From an uncultured Candidatus Rokubacteria bacterium (GTDB lineage: Bacteria > Methylomirabilota > Methylomirabilia > Rokubacteriales > CSP1-6): a DNA stretch of 64,000 bases. The notes under the pieces are model-generated. The model saw only the letters and a list, made by a program, of their open reading frames with translations, had not been told where the DNA came from and did no database searches. The translations under genes were made by a program, and so were the position numbers. Positions 10,230 to 19,018 of this stretch are shown in pieces. The stretch is from assembly GCA_963771355.1 (NCBI GenBank), contig CAVYTA010000005.1, forward strand, positions 384,001 to 448,000, read 5' to 3'. Position 1 is the stretch's first letter; every line of letters starts with the position of its first letter.

Positions 10230-10626
10230 AGTCCTCGGGCGTGGACGGGCGGAAGACGAGATCGAAAGCCAGCCAGAGGAGCTTGCTGAAGGGGAAGAGA
10301 ATGAGGGGCGCCACGATCATGGCGATGATGCTCCCCCACTGGAGGGTGGCCCAGGGGGGATCGGGCCAGGTGAGGACGAGGACCGTCACCAGGCCCGCCG
10401 CGAAGAGCGTCTCGGCGGCGATGAGGTTGAAGAGCATCGCCCCCAGCCAGTAGTCCGGCTCCCCGCGGTCGAGCCGGAGGCCGCAGTTCGGGCAGGCCGG
10501 GCGCAGGATCAGCCAGCGCTGAGTGACTTTCCCCGCGCCGCAGCGCGGGCAGCGGCGGCGCAGCGCCCGCCACGCCGAGAGCAGCGCCGCGCGGGCGCGC
10601 GAGGAGCCACCGGACGTCCCCGCCAT
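10213..10626 (-). CDS. DUF983 family membrane protein
   Basis: RCPRCGAG...CPNCGL double CxxC followed by two TM helices. Confidence 0.8.
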   Translation of the reverse strand: MAGTSGGSSRARAALLSAWRALRRRCPRCGAGKVTQRWLILRPACPNCGLRLDRGEPDYWLGAMLFNLIAAETLFAAGLVTVLVLTWPDPPWATLQWGSIIAMIVAPLILFPFSKLLWLAFDLVFRPSTPEDFISGS

Positions 10627-10689
10627 TGAACTCTCCCCGCGCTGATTGACCCGGTCGGCCGGTCGGGGTGATTCAGGCCGTGGTGTCTC

Positions 10690-12318
10690 TCAGCGCTGGT
10701 ACTTGGTGGGCGCCTTCCGCGGCGGGAAGAACATGGGCGTGGGCATGCGGCCCACCGGCACCTCGATGAGCACCGGCCGGTCGAGCTGGATGGCCTCGCG
10801 GACGAGGGCGCCCACCTGGGTGGGCTCCTTGGCGCGCATGCCATGGACGCCGAAGGCATCGGCCAGCTTCATGAAGTCGGGGTTGTGCAGCGCCGCGCCG
10901 TAGCTCCCGCCCCACCAGTCGTCGAGATCGCGGGCCACGTTGCCGAAGGCGTTGTCGTTGAACACCACCGCGATCACGTTGATCTTCTGCTGCACGGCGG
11001 TGGCGAGCTCCTGGACGTTGTACATGAAGCCGCCGTCCCCGATCACCGCGATGACCGGCCGCTGCGGGCAGGCCACCTTGGCGCCGAGGGCCACCGGATA
11101 TTCGTAGCCGAGATTGCCCGAGTACGAGGACGACAGATAGGTCCGGGCCTCGTACGTCGGCCAGCACGGGCGCGAGTAGTAGCCGATCTGGGTCATGCCG
11201 GCGATGAAGATGGCGTTCTCCGGCGTGCCCTCGCGCAGGCTCTTGAGGATGCCGGCCTGGGGCTCCTGGACCAGCGCCGCCGTCTCTGCACGCAATGCCT
11301 CGCGCTCGGCCTTACGTGAGGAGCGCGGGGGAGTGGCCTTACGAACGCTCTCCACGATGGCATCCAGGGTGGCGCGGGCGTCGCCGACGAGCCCGAGCGA
11401 CTTCCGGTGGTTCCGGCCGATCTCGTCCGGATCGATGTCGATGTGAATGACCTGCTGATCGGCCTTGGGCACCGCGAGCGCGAAACGGGTCCCCACCGCG
11501 AGGATCAGGTCGGCCTGGAGCAGGTGATTGCGCACCGGCGAGTTCGGCCAGACGGTGGCGCCGAGCGAGAGGTCGGAGTGGTCGCTGATCGCACCCTTGC
11601 CTTCGGCGCTGGTGATCACGCCGGCCTGGAGATATTCGGCGAGCGCGGTGAGCGACTCGCCGGCCCCGCCGAACACCGCGCCCCCGCCCGCGTAGATGAC
11701 GGGCCGCTGGGCGGCGACGAGCAAGTCCACCGCGCGGCTCACGTCGGCGGCCGCGGCGGCGGCGCGCACCGGCCGCACCGGGTCGATCAGCACCGCCTCG
11801 CCTTCCTCCTCCATGGTCTCGGGCGGCATCTCGATCTCCACCGGGCGCGGCCGGCCGGTGGTGAGGTGATGCATGGCCGCCCGCACCGCCGCCGGCACAT
11901 CGGCCACTTCCAGCACGCGCCGCCGCCACTTGGTCACCGGCCGGATGCACTCGAGCTGGTCATTGACCTCGTGGAGCACGCCGATGTCCTTGCCGATCTG
12001 ATTCTTCGGCACCTGGCCGGAGATCATGAAGACGGGCGAGGAGGCGGAGTACGCGGTGCTGAGCCCGGCGGAGGCATTGAGGAGCCCCGGTCCCGGCACC
12101 ACCAGAGCAGTGCCGACGCCGCCGCCGGCGCGGGCGTAGCCGTCCGCCATGTAGGAGGTGGCTTGCTCGTGCCGCGTCTGGATGAAGCGGATGCGCGGCT
12201 CCTCGCGCAGCGCGGCCATCGCGCCGTAGAGCTGGACGCCGGGGAGCCCGAAGACCACGCGAATGCCTTCGTGATAGAGCTGCTTGACGAGTGCTTCGCC
12301 ACCGGTCATCCGGGCCAT
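10690..12318 (-). CDS. thiamine pyrophosphate-binding enzyme (acetolactate synthase-like)
   Basis: VFGLPG, TRHEQATSYMADGYAR, GDGGFMY...FNDN TPP motif. Confidence 0.92.
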   Translation of the reverse strand: MARMTGGEALVKQLYHEGIRVVFGLPGVQLYGAMAALREEPRIRFIQTRHEQATSYMADGYARAGGGVGTALVVPGPGLLNASAGLSTAYSASSPVFMISGQVPKNQIGKDIGVLHEVNDQLECIRPVTKWRRRVLEVADVPAAVRAAMHHLTTGRPRPVEIEMPPETMEEEGEAVLIDPVRPVRAAAAAADVSRAVDLLVAAQRPVIYAGGGAVFGGAGESLTALAEYLQAGVITSAEGKGAISDHSDLSLGATVWPNSPVRNHLLQADLILAVGTRFALAVPKADQQVIHIDIDPDEIGRNHRKSLGLVGDARATLDAIVESVRKATPPRSSRKAEREALRAETAALVQEPQAGILKSLREGTPENAIFIAGMTQIGYYSRPCWPTYEARTYLSSSYSGNLGYEYPVALGAKVACPQRPVIAVIGDGGFMYNVQELATAVQQKINVIAVVFNDNAFGNVARDLDDWWGGSYGAALHNPDFMKLADAFGVHGMRAKEPTQVGALVREAIQLDRPVLIEVPVGRMPTPMFFPPRKAPTKYQR

Positions 12319-12401
12319 GGGGATCTCCCGAGCGTTGAGGTTATGCGTCGACAACCGCCGCCATTGCGGGAAAGCCTAACACGGCCGGGGGCGGCCGCGC
12401 T

Positions 12402-13613
12402 TCACGGCGTCGCGATGGCGCCGGTCTCACGCAGCGCCTCCACGCGCGCCGATGGATAGCCGAGCAGGTCCTCGAGCACCGCGCGCGTGTGCTCGCCGAT
12501 ACGATACGGCGCCGGGCCCGCCGGCCCCACCGCGCCGCCGTCCAGGTGAAAGGGGGTGCCGGTGACGCGGACCTTGCCGCGGGTGGGATGCGGCACCGTG
12601 GGAAAGAACTCGCGCGCGGCCAGGTGCGCATTCTCGCGGACCTCGCGGGGCGCGAGGACGGGTGCGCAGGGGATGCGCGCGGCGGTCAGGGCCTCGATCG
12701 CCGCGTCCACGGTGGCGAAGCGGCGGATCCACGCGCCGATGATCTCGCCGAGCGCGAGGCGATTCTCGCGGCGGGCCAGGGGCGTGGCGAACCGCGGGTC
12801 CGCGGCCAGCTCCGGGCGTTCCAGGAGCGCGACCAGGCGGGGCCAGAGCGCGGGGGCCCCCGTGGTCTGGAGCGCCACATGGCGCCCGCCGATCTCGTAC
12901 ACCCACATGCCGGGCCGCGGCGCTCCCATCTCGTCGCCGCCGTTGAGCACGGACCCGAAGCTCACGTCGTCGCAGGCGATGAGGGCTTCCAGCATGGAGA
13001 CGTCCAGGTAGGCGCCGGCCCCGGTGCGCGCGCGGCGCCACAGGGCGGCCATGATGGCGCCGAAGGCGTGCGTGCCCGCGAGCACGTCGGCGGCCTGGAT
13101 ATTCGCGGAGTGGGGCGCCGGCGCATCCCCCCGCTCGAGGTGCATCATGCCCGACGCGGCATTGACGATGTGGGCGAAGGCGGCGCGTCCACGCCAGGGC
13201 CCGGTCTGACCGAAGCCGGAAATGGAGCAGTAGACGAGGTCCGGCTTCACCGCCGACAGCGCCGCCCAGTCACAGCCCAGGCGCGCGATGACCCCCGGCA
13301 CGAAGTTCTCCACCGCGACGTCGGACCGACGCGCGAGGTCGAGGACCACCTCGCGCGCGGCGGGATGGGCCAGGTCCAGGGCCAGGCTCTCCTTGCCGGT
13401 GTTGATGCGCGTGAAGTAGGTGCTCTGGTCGTCCCGACCCTCTTCGAGCTGCAGGTGCGCCCGGCGCATCTCGTCGCCCTCGCCCGGACGCTCGATCTTG
13501 ATCACGCGCGCGCCGAGGTCGGCGAGCAGGCGCGTGCAGTAGGGGCCGGCGAGGACGCGGGTGAAATCCAGCACGACGAGGCCGTCGAGCAGGGCGGGAC
13601 CGGGCGCGCTCAC
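12402..13613 (-). CDS. CaiB/BaiF family III CoA-transferase
   Basis: LAGPYCTRLLADLGA, ENFVPG, SISGFGQTGP, catalytic Asp in ADVLAG. Confidence 0.92.
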   Translation of the reverse strand: MSAPGPALLDGLVVLDFTRVLAGPYCTRLLADLGARVIKIERPGEGDEMRRAHLQLEEGRDDQSTYFTRINTGKESLALDLAHPAAREVVLDLARRSDVAVENFVPGVIARLGCDWAALSAVKPDLVYCSISGFGQTGPWRGRAAFAHIVNAASGMMHLERGDAPAPHSANIQAADVLAGTHAFGAIMAALWRRARTGAGAYLDVSMLEALIACDDVSFGSVLNGGDEMGAPRPGMWVYEIGGRHVALQTTGAPALWPRLVALLERPELAADPRFATPLARRENRLALGEIIGAWIRRFATVDAAIEALTAARIPCAPVLAPREVRENAHLAAREFFPTVPHPTRGKVRVTGTPFHLDGGAVGPAGPAPYRIGEHTRAVLEDLLGYPSARVEALRETGAIATP

Positions 13614-13619
13614 CGGCGC

Positions 13620-13668
13620 AGTATAGCAAGCCGCGCCATTGACAGTCGCCGCGCCGCGGGCCTACACT
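13620..13668. promoter_or_regulatory. divergent sigma70-type promoters
   Basis: Plus strand: TTGACA (13639-13644)-18 nt-TACACT (13663-13668). Minus strand: extended TGcTATACT (13620-13628), 6 nt before GTG 13613, i.e. leaderless. Confidence 0.65.
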
Positions 13669-13710
13669 CCCGCCGATCGCTGCCGTGCCCTTCAACCTCG
13701 CGAGGACACC

Positions 13711-14850
13711 ATGGCCTTCCCCCTGACCCTCTCCGATCCGTCGTCGCTGGGCCTCGATCCTCAGGCGCTCGAGCGCCTCGTCGAGATCATCGCGGGGCAC
13801 ATCACCGAGGGCCGCTATCCGGGCGCCCAGATCGCGGTGGCCCGGCGCGGCCAGCTCGCACTCTTCAAGTCGCTGGGCGAGGCGCGGACGGAAGGAACCC
13901 GCGGGCCCGCGCGCGACGACACCCTGTGGCTCCTCTACTCCAATACCAAGGTCATCACCGCGAGTGCGCTGTGGATCCTCGCCGAGCGCGGCGCTCTGCG
14001 CTTCACCGACCGGGTGGCCGACCACGTGCCCGGCTTCGAGGCCAACGCCAAGGGCGAGGTCACGATCATCCAGCTCCTGTCCCACCAGGGGGGCTTCCCC
14101 AACGCCGACGTGCCGACCGCGGCGTGGGAGGACCACGATCTCCTGCGGAAGACGGTGTGCGGGTTCACCCTCGAGTTCACGCCCGGCTCACGCGTGCACT
14201 ACCACGGCCGCGCTGCCCACTGGACGGCGGCGGTCCTCATCGAGGCGCTCACCAAGACGGACTACCGTGCCTTCATCCGCGAGAACGTGATCGAGCCGCT
14301 GGGGCTTGGCGGCGACCTCTTCGTGGGACTGCCTGACGCGCACCACGCGCGGACGGTGGACATGCACGAGCCGTCGGCCGATTGGCGTCGACAGAATCGG
14401 CGGGCGGAGGAGAACCACGCGGCCTTCTACCGCGCGGGCACGCCGGGCGGCGGCGGCTATGCCAGCGCCCGGGCCATGGCGGCCTTTTACCAGATGCTGG
14501 TGCAGGGCGGCACGCTGAACGGGACGCGCCTGTTCTCCCCGCGCATGGTCCGGTACGTCACGCGCAACTTCACCGGCGACCGCGTGGACGCTTACATGGG
14601 GATGCCCATGCACCGCGGCCTCGGTCCCCACTCGCGCGGCACCACCGATAGCATCCGCGGCCTGGGCTCGCTCGCCTCGCCGCGCACCTTCGGCCACGGA
14701 GGCGTCGGCTCGTCCTACTGCTGGGGCGATCCGGAGTCGGGGGTGTCCTTCTCCTACCTGACCAACAGCCGGGTGCCGGATCCCTGGCACAGCGCGCGGC
14801 TCGACGTGGTCAGCAACTGCGTGCACTCCGCCATCAACGCGGAGGCCTGA
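13711..14850 (+). CDS. serine hydrolase (beta-lactamase/class C esterase family)
   Basis: YSNTK (SxxK), LLSHQGG, FGHGG motifs; GAGGA RBS. Confidence 0.88.
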   Translation: MAFPLTLSDPSSLGLDPQALERLVEIIAGHITEGRYPGAQIAVARRGQLALFKSLGEARTEGTRGPARDDTLWLLYSNTKVITASALWILAERGALRFTDRVADHVPGFEANAKGEVTIIQLLSHQGGFPNADVPTAAWEDHDLLRKTVCGFTLEFTPGSRVHYHGRAAHWTAAVLIEALTKTDYRAFIRENVIEPLGLGGDLFVGLPDAHHARTVDMHEPSADWRRQNRRAEENHAAFYRAGTPGGGGYASARAMAAFYQMLVQGGTLNGTRLFSPRMVRYVTRNFTGDRVDAYMGMPMHRGLGPHSRGTTDSIRGLGSLASPRTFGHGGVGSSYCWGDPESGVSFSYLTNSRVPDPWHSARLDVVSNCVHSAINAEA

Positions 14851-14894
14851 CGCGACCGCGTCTTGCGCTGACGCCCGGTTCGAGCATTCGCTCC

Positions 14895-14920
14895 CGGGAC
14901 CCCCCGGTTAGGGGGTCCCG
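14895..14920 (+). terminator. 10-bp GC hairpin after the serine hydrolase (possible terminator or stabiliser)
   Basis: CGGGACCCCC-cggtta-GGGGGTCCCG; no strong U tract. Confidence 0.4.
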
Positions 14921-14981
14921 ACCCCTCGATTTGACGTCCGTTGTCCTCCGCCCCGGCCCTTCCCAGCCCGCTGTCCGTCGG

Positions 14982-15011
14982 TTGACAAGTCCGCCTTCGT
15001 ACATATACAAA
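14982..15011 (+). promoter_or_regulatory. putative sigma70 promoter of the lipid-modification operon
   Basis: Perfect TTGACA at 14982-14987 with AT-rich TATACAAA 16-18 nt downstream. Confidence 0.5.
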
Positions 15012-15028
15012 ACATTGAGGACGTCGAC

Positions 15029-15376
15029 ATGCCCTCACTTCTTCGGCCCCGCCCGAGCGCCCGTGTCGCCGCGCCCCTCCTGGGCGAGGTTTTCAAGGGT
15101 CTGCGGCACCCCCTCGCCTTCCGGTTGTGGGACGGCACCGAGGTCCGGCTCGGTCAGGGCGAGCCGGCCTGTAGCGTCGTCATCCACGCGCCGGAGACCT
15201 TCATCGCCCTCATCCGCGATCCCAGCCCGGGCCACTTCGCCGAGGCGTATGCCTCCAACGCCATCGACATTCAGGGCAATCTCTTCGACGCCATGCGCGT
15301 GGCCAACGAGGTCGAGGAGATCAAGGTGACCCCCGGCCAGCGGCTGCGCATCTTGCTTTCCCTCTGGAAGTCCTGA
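15029..15376 (+). CDS. stand-alone N-terminal (lipid-binding) domain of a CFA synthase-like methyltransferase
   Basis: FRLWDGTEV...VVIHAPETF...FAEAYASNAIDIQGNLFDAM matches the RLWDG...GEAYxxGxIDIEGDL pattern of CFA synthase N-domains. Confidence 0.72.
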   Translation: MPSLLRPRPSARVAAPLLGEVFKGLRHPLAFRLWDGTEVRLGQGEPACSVVIHAPETFIALIRDPSPGHFAEAYASNAIDIQGNLFDAMRVANEVEEIKVTPGQRLRILLSLWKS

Positions 15377-15379
15377 GTC

Positions 15380-16507
15380 GTGGCCGTCCACGACGTCCTC
15401 GTGGTGGGAGGCGGCCCCGGCGGGAGCACCGCGGCCTGGCAACTGGCCCGCGCCGGCCTGCGCCCGCTGGTGCTGGACGCCGCCGTCTTCCCCCGTCAGA
15501 AGATCTGTGCGGGCTGGGTGACGCCCACCGCGCTCGCCGACCTCGAGATCGAGCCCGACAAGTACCCGCTCACCATCCAGGGCTTCGCCGCCTGCGCGCT
15601 GGCATTCGAGGGTGCGCGCCATGACACGCACTGGCGGCGGCCCGCCTCCTACGGCATCATCCGCCGCGAGTTCGATCACTTCCTCCTCGAGCGCGCGGCG
15701 ACCGCGGGAGCGGAGGTGCGCGAGGGCGTCCGCGTCAAGGCGGTCACCTCCGGCCCCTCGGGTGCGCGCGTCGAGACCGAGCAGGGCGACTTCGAGGCGC
15801 CCCTGGTGATCGGGGCCGGCGGCCACCGCTGTCCCGTGGCCCGCGATCTCGGCGCGGTGTCCGCGCGCGAGGAGGTCGTGGCGGCGCAGGAGACCGAGAC
15901 GCGGTTACTCCCTCAGTGGCGGGCGCGGATCGAGCGCTTCATGGACGCGCCCGAGATCTACGTGGAGCCCGACCTGCGGGGCTACGGCTGGTTCTTCCCC
16001 AAGGGCGACTTCATCAACGTGGGCATCGGCATCACGGGGGGCAACGACGGGAGCCTGCCGAAACGGCGTGACGCGCTGCTCGCCATGCTGCGCGCCACCG
16101 GCCGAGTGCCCGAGGGGATGCCGCTCGACCCCTTCAAGGGGCACGCGTATGTCGTGCGCCGCCAGGCGCCGCGGCGCCTCGCCGGCCCCGGCTTCTGCCT
16201 CGTGGGTGACGCGGCGGGGCTGGCCCGCGATCTCTCCGGCGAAGGCATCGGGCCCGCGATTCGCAGCGGCATCCTCGCCGCCGCGGCGGCCCACCGGCTC
16301 CTCCGCGCCGGTGGCTCCCTCGATGGCTATGCGCGCGAGGTGGTGGCGCTCTACGGGCCCGGTGAGCCCTCCTGGATCGGGCGGCAGATCGGCCGGCTCC
16401 CGGACGTGCTGGCACGGCTGGCGGTGCGCGTGGTGCTCGGCTCGGAGCGCGCGCGGCGCCGCGTGGTCTTCGACTCGATCTTCGGCATGAAGGAGGCCAC
16501 TTCATGA
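15380..16507 (+). CDS. geranylgeranyl-reductase-family FAD-dependent oxidoreductase
   Basis: VVGGGPGGS, FPRQKICAG, RREFDHFL, GYGWFFPK, VGDAAG...SGEGIGPAIRSG motifs. Confidence 0.88.
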   Translation: MAVHDVLVVGGGPGGSTAAWQLARAGLRPLVLDAAVFPRQKICAGWVTPTALADLEIEPDKYPLTIQGFAACALAFEGARHDTHWRRPASYGIIRREFDHFLLERAATAGAEVREGVRVKAVTSGPSGARVETEQGDFEAPLVIGAGGHRCPVARDLGAVSAREEVVAAQETETRLLPQWRARIERFMDAPEIYVEPDLRGYGWFFPKGDFINVGIGITGGNDGSLPKRRDALLAMLRATGRVPEGMPLDPFKGHAYVVRRQAPRRLAGPGFCLVGDAAGLARDLSGEGIGPAIRSGILAAAAAHRLLRAGGSLDGYAREVVALYGPGEPSWIGRQIGRLPDVLARLAVRVVLGSERARRRVVFDSIFGMKEATS

Positions 16508-17403
16508 GGCGGAGCAAGAAGCGGGACGCCGAGGCCATCTCGTACCACTACGACCAGTCCAACGAGTTCTACGCCCTGTTCCTCGACCCGCTCATGGTCT
16601 ACACGTGCGCCTACTACCGGGACCCCGACGGCAAGCTGGAGCAGGCCCAGGCGGACAAGCTGGACCTGGTGTGCCGCAAGCTGCGGCTCAAGCCCGGCGA
16701 GACCCTGCTCGACATCGGCTGCGGGTGGGGGAGTCTCGCCATCTGGGCCGCCCAGCACTATGGCGTCCGGTCTCACGGCGTGACGCTGTCCCGCGCCCAG
16801 GCGGAGTTCGCCGCCGCGCGCATCGAGCGGGAGGGGCTCACCGGGCGCTGCCTGGTGGAGTACCGCGACTTCCGTGACCTGCCCGCCGATGCGCGCTACG
16901 ACAAGATCGCCGCCATCGGCATCATCGAGCACGTGGGCCTCGCCAACTATCCGGCGTTCTTCGGCCGCGTGCGAACGATGCTCAACGACGGCGGCTACTA
17001 CCTCAATCACGGCATTACCCACGAGTTTCACTGGAAGCCCACCACCCAGACGGACTTCCTCTACAAGTACGTCTTTCCCAATGGGGAGCTGGCGGGGCTC
17101 ACCGAGACCATGACCGAGCAGGAGCGGGCGGGCTGGGAGATCGTGGACGTCGAGGGGCTGCGGCTCCACTACGCGCGGACCTGCCGCGAGTGGGTGGAGC
17201 GGCTCGAAGCGCGGGCCGACGAGGCGCGCGCCCTCGTGGGAGAGCGGATCTACCGCATCTGGCGCCTCTACCTCACCTGCTCGTCGGTGGCGTTCCAGGA
17301 AGGGCATATCGGGCTCTACCAGGTCCTCATGCGCAAGCAGTGGGATGGCACGTTCGACGTGCCCACCACACGCGAGGACCTCTATGGTAAAGATTACCGA
17401 TAG
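16504..17403 (+). CDS. cyclopropane-fatty-acyl-phospholipid synthase-like methyltransferase (catalytic domain only)
   Basis: HYDQSNEFY, YTCAYY, LLDIGCGWG, IEHVG, NHGIT, HYART motifs; 299 aa, lacks the N-domain. Confidence 0.9.
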   Translation: MRRSKKRDAEAISYHYDQSNEFYALFLDPLMVYTCAYYRDPDGKLEQAQADKLDLVCRKLRLKPGETLLDIGCGWGSLAIWAAQHYGVRSHGVTLSRAQAEFAAARIEREGLTGRCLVEYRDFRDLPADARYDKIAAIGIIEHVGLANYPAFFGRVRTMLNDGGYYLNHGITHEFHWKPTTQTDFLYKYVFPNGELAGLTETMTEQERAGWEIVDVEGLRLHYARTCREWVERLEARADEARALVGERIYRIWRLYLTCSSVAFQEGHIGLYQVLMRKQWDGTFDVPTTREDLYGKDYR

Positions 17404-17518
17404 ATGTCGGAAAAACTTACGGTTCCCGTAACAGGCTTGCGACCCTCGGCTTGATCCTGGCGGAATTGTTTGGGTTCCGGTAGAGGCAGGGAACTTGCTA
17501 CCTGCGTCGGGGGTGGAC

Positions 17519-17770
17519 ATGGTGCGCTATCTGTTCGTCGTTTCGAAGTCCAGACCCGATCTCGCTGACTACCTCGTGCGGCATTTTTCCGATGAAGAGG
17601 ACGTGCTGGTGACCATCGATCGGCGGCGCGGCGAGCGGCGGCGGCGTCTGACCGATACGGATTCAGAGCGGCGGCACGGACATCGCCGCTGGCGGCCTGA
17701 AAATGACGAGTCGCTGGCGTCCGTGGGGGCCTTCATGGTCCCTCTGGACGCGCCCGAACCCGTCGCCTGA
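17519..17770 (+). CDS. small Arg-rich hypothetical protein (DRRxxERR type)
   Basis: MVRYLFVVSKSRPDLADYL...IDRRRGERRRR...ERRHGHRR; GGGGTGG upstream. Confidence 0.7.
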   Translation: MVRYLFVVSKSRPDLADYLVRHFSDEEDVLVTIDRRRGERRRRLTDTDSERRHGHRRWRPENDESLASVGAFMVPLDAPEPVA

Positions 17771-17916
17771 CCCTCGCTTTCCCTCCCGGCGCGCCCCAAC
17801 CCGTCGGCTGACCTTTCGCTACGCCCAGGCAAAGTCTTCCTGCCCTTCGGGTACTTCCCTTCTTCACTTCGACCCTCTGCTGCGGGTAACTGAGCGAATC
17901 TGTTATCCGCGATCGG

Positions 17917-17932
17917 TGGCACTTCGATTGCT
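17917..17932 (+). promoter_or_regulatory. sigma54 (-24/-12) promoter
   Basis: TGGCAC-ttcga-TTGCT, exact consensus spacing, about 30 nt before ATG 17961. Confidence 0.75.
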
Positions 17933-17960
17933 AGATCCCCTCGGTAAGGGGGGCTTGGCC

Positions 17961-18101
17961 ATGAAGACCTTGATCGGGATGGCAGCGGTGGCAATGCCGA
18001 TGACCATGGCGGTCTCGGGCGACTTCTCGGCCGGGCTCCTTGCGGTGTCGGGCGCGGTGGCCGGTGGCTGCTGGATGATCAGCGGCTGGCTCTCGCACTA
18101 G
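17961..18101 (+). CDS. 46-aa hydrophobic small membrane protein
   Basis: MKTLIGMAAVAMPMTMAVSGDFSAGLLAVSGAVAGGCWMISGWLSH; AAGGGGGG RBS and sigma54 promoter upstream. Confidence 0.6.
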   Translation: MKTLIGMAAVAMPMTMAVSGDFSAGLLAVSGAVAGGCWMISGWLSH

Positions 18102-18199
18102 GCTCGCGAAGGGGGCAGGGGGCTTGCGCCGGCCGACGTGCCCGGCGATCATCGCGGCACTCGACAGCGCATCGACCCCTGCCGCCCGGAGGAGCCCCG

Positions 18200-18994
18200 A
18201 TGACCCAGGATCTGCTCGAAGTCCTCAAGGACCGCGTTGCCGTCCTCACTCTCAATCGCCCCGACCGGCTCAATGCCATGTCGCGGGACATGCTGGATGC
18301 CCTCCTCGAGACCCTTCCCCGCCTGGCCAATGACCCCGACGTCGGCGTGGTCGTCATCACCGGCGCGGGCCGCGGTTTCTGCGCCGGTGGCGACGTGAAG
18401 GCCATGGCGGAAGGGCGCGAGGGCGATGGCGCCAGCCTGGAGGACAAAGCCCAGGCGCTCCGGTCCCGCATGGAGGTCTCGCGCTTCCTCCACGAGATGC
18501 CCAAGCCCACCATCGCCATGGTGCGGGGACCGGCGGCGGGGGCGGGGCTTTCCCTGGCCCTGGCCTGCGACATGCGGATCGCCTCGGACAATTCGAAGTA
18601 CGGCACCGCCTTCGCGCGCGTGGGCTACTCCGGGGATTTCGGCGGCAGCTACTTCCTCACCCAGCTCGTGGGCACCGCGAAGGCCCGCGAGCTCTACCTC
18701 ACCGCGGATCTCGTGGACGCCGCGCAGGCGCTCGCCCTGGGAATGGTCAACCGGATCGTGCCGGACGCCCTGCTGGAGACGGAGACCATGGCCCTGGCCC
18801 AGCGGCTGGCCAAGGGCCCGGCGGTGGCCTATCGCTACATGAAGCGCAATCTCAACGCGGCGGAGTCCGGATCCCTCGCCGACGTGTTCGACCTCGAGGC
18901 CTGGGGCCATACCCGGAGCGGCATGACGGAGGACTGGCGCGAGGCCACCCGCGCCTTCGTGGAGAAGCGCGAGCCCGTCTTCAAGGGCCGCTGA
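18200..18994 (+). CDS. enoyl-CoA hydratase/isomerase
   Basis: LNRPDRLNA, FCAGGDV, AAGAGLSLALACD motifs. Confidence 0.92.
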   Translation: MTQDLLEVLKDRVAVLTLNRPDRLNAMSRDMLDALLETLPRLANDPDVGVVVITGAGRGFCAGGDVKAMAEGREGDGASLEDKAQALRSRMEVSRFLHEMPKPTIAMVRGPAAGAGLSLALACDMRIASDNSKYGTAFARVGYSGDFGGSYFLTQLVGTAKARELYLTADLVDAAQALALGMVNRIVPDALLETETMALAQRLAKGPAVAYRYMKRNLNAAESGSLADVFDLEAWGHTRSGMTEDWREATRAFVEKREPVFKGR

Positions 18995-19018
18995 CCCCGC
19001 GCGGCGCCGGGCGCCCGC

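Noticed and set aside
13711..14850. Beta-lactamase resistance gene
   Set aside because: No signal peptide, YHG in place of YxN and GHGG in place of KTG; more consistent with a cytoplasmic esterase or amidase.
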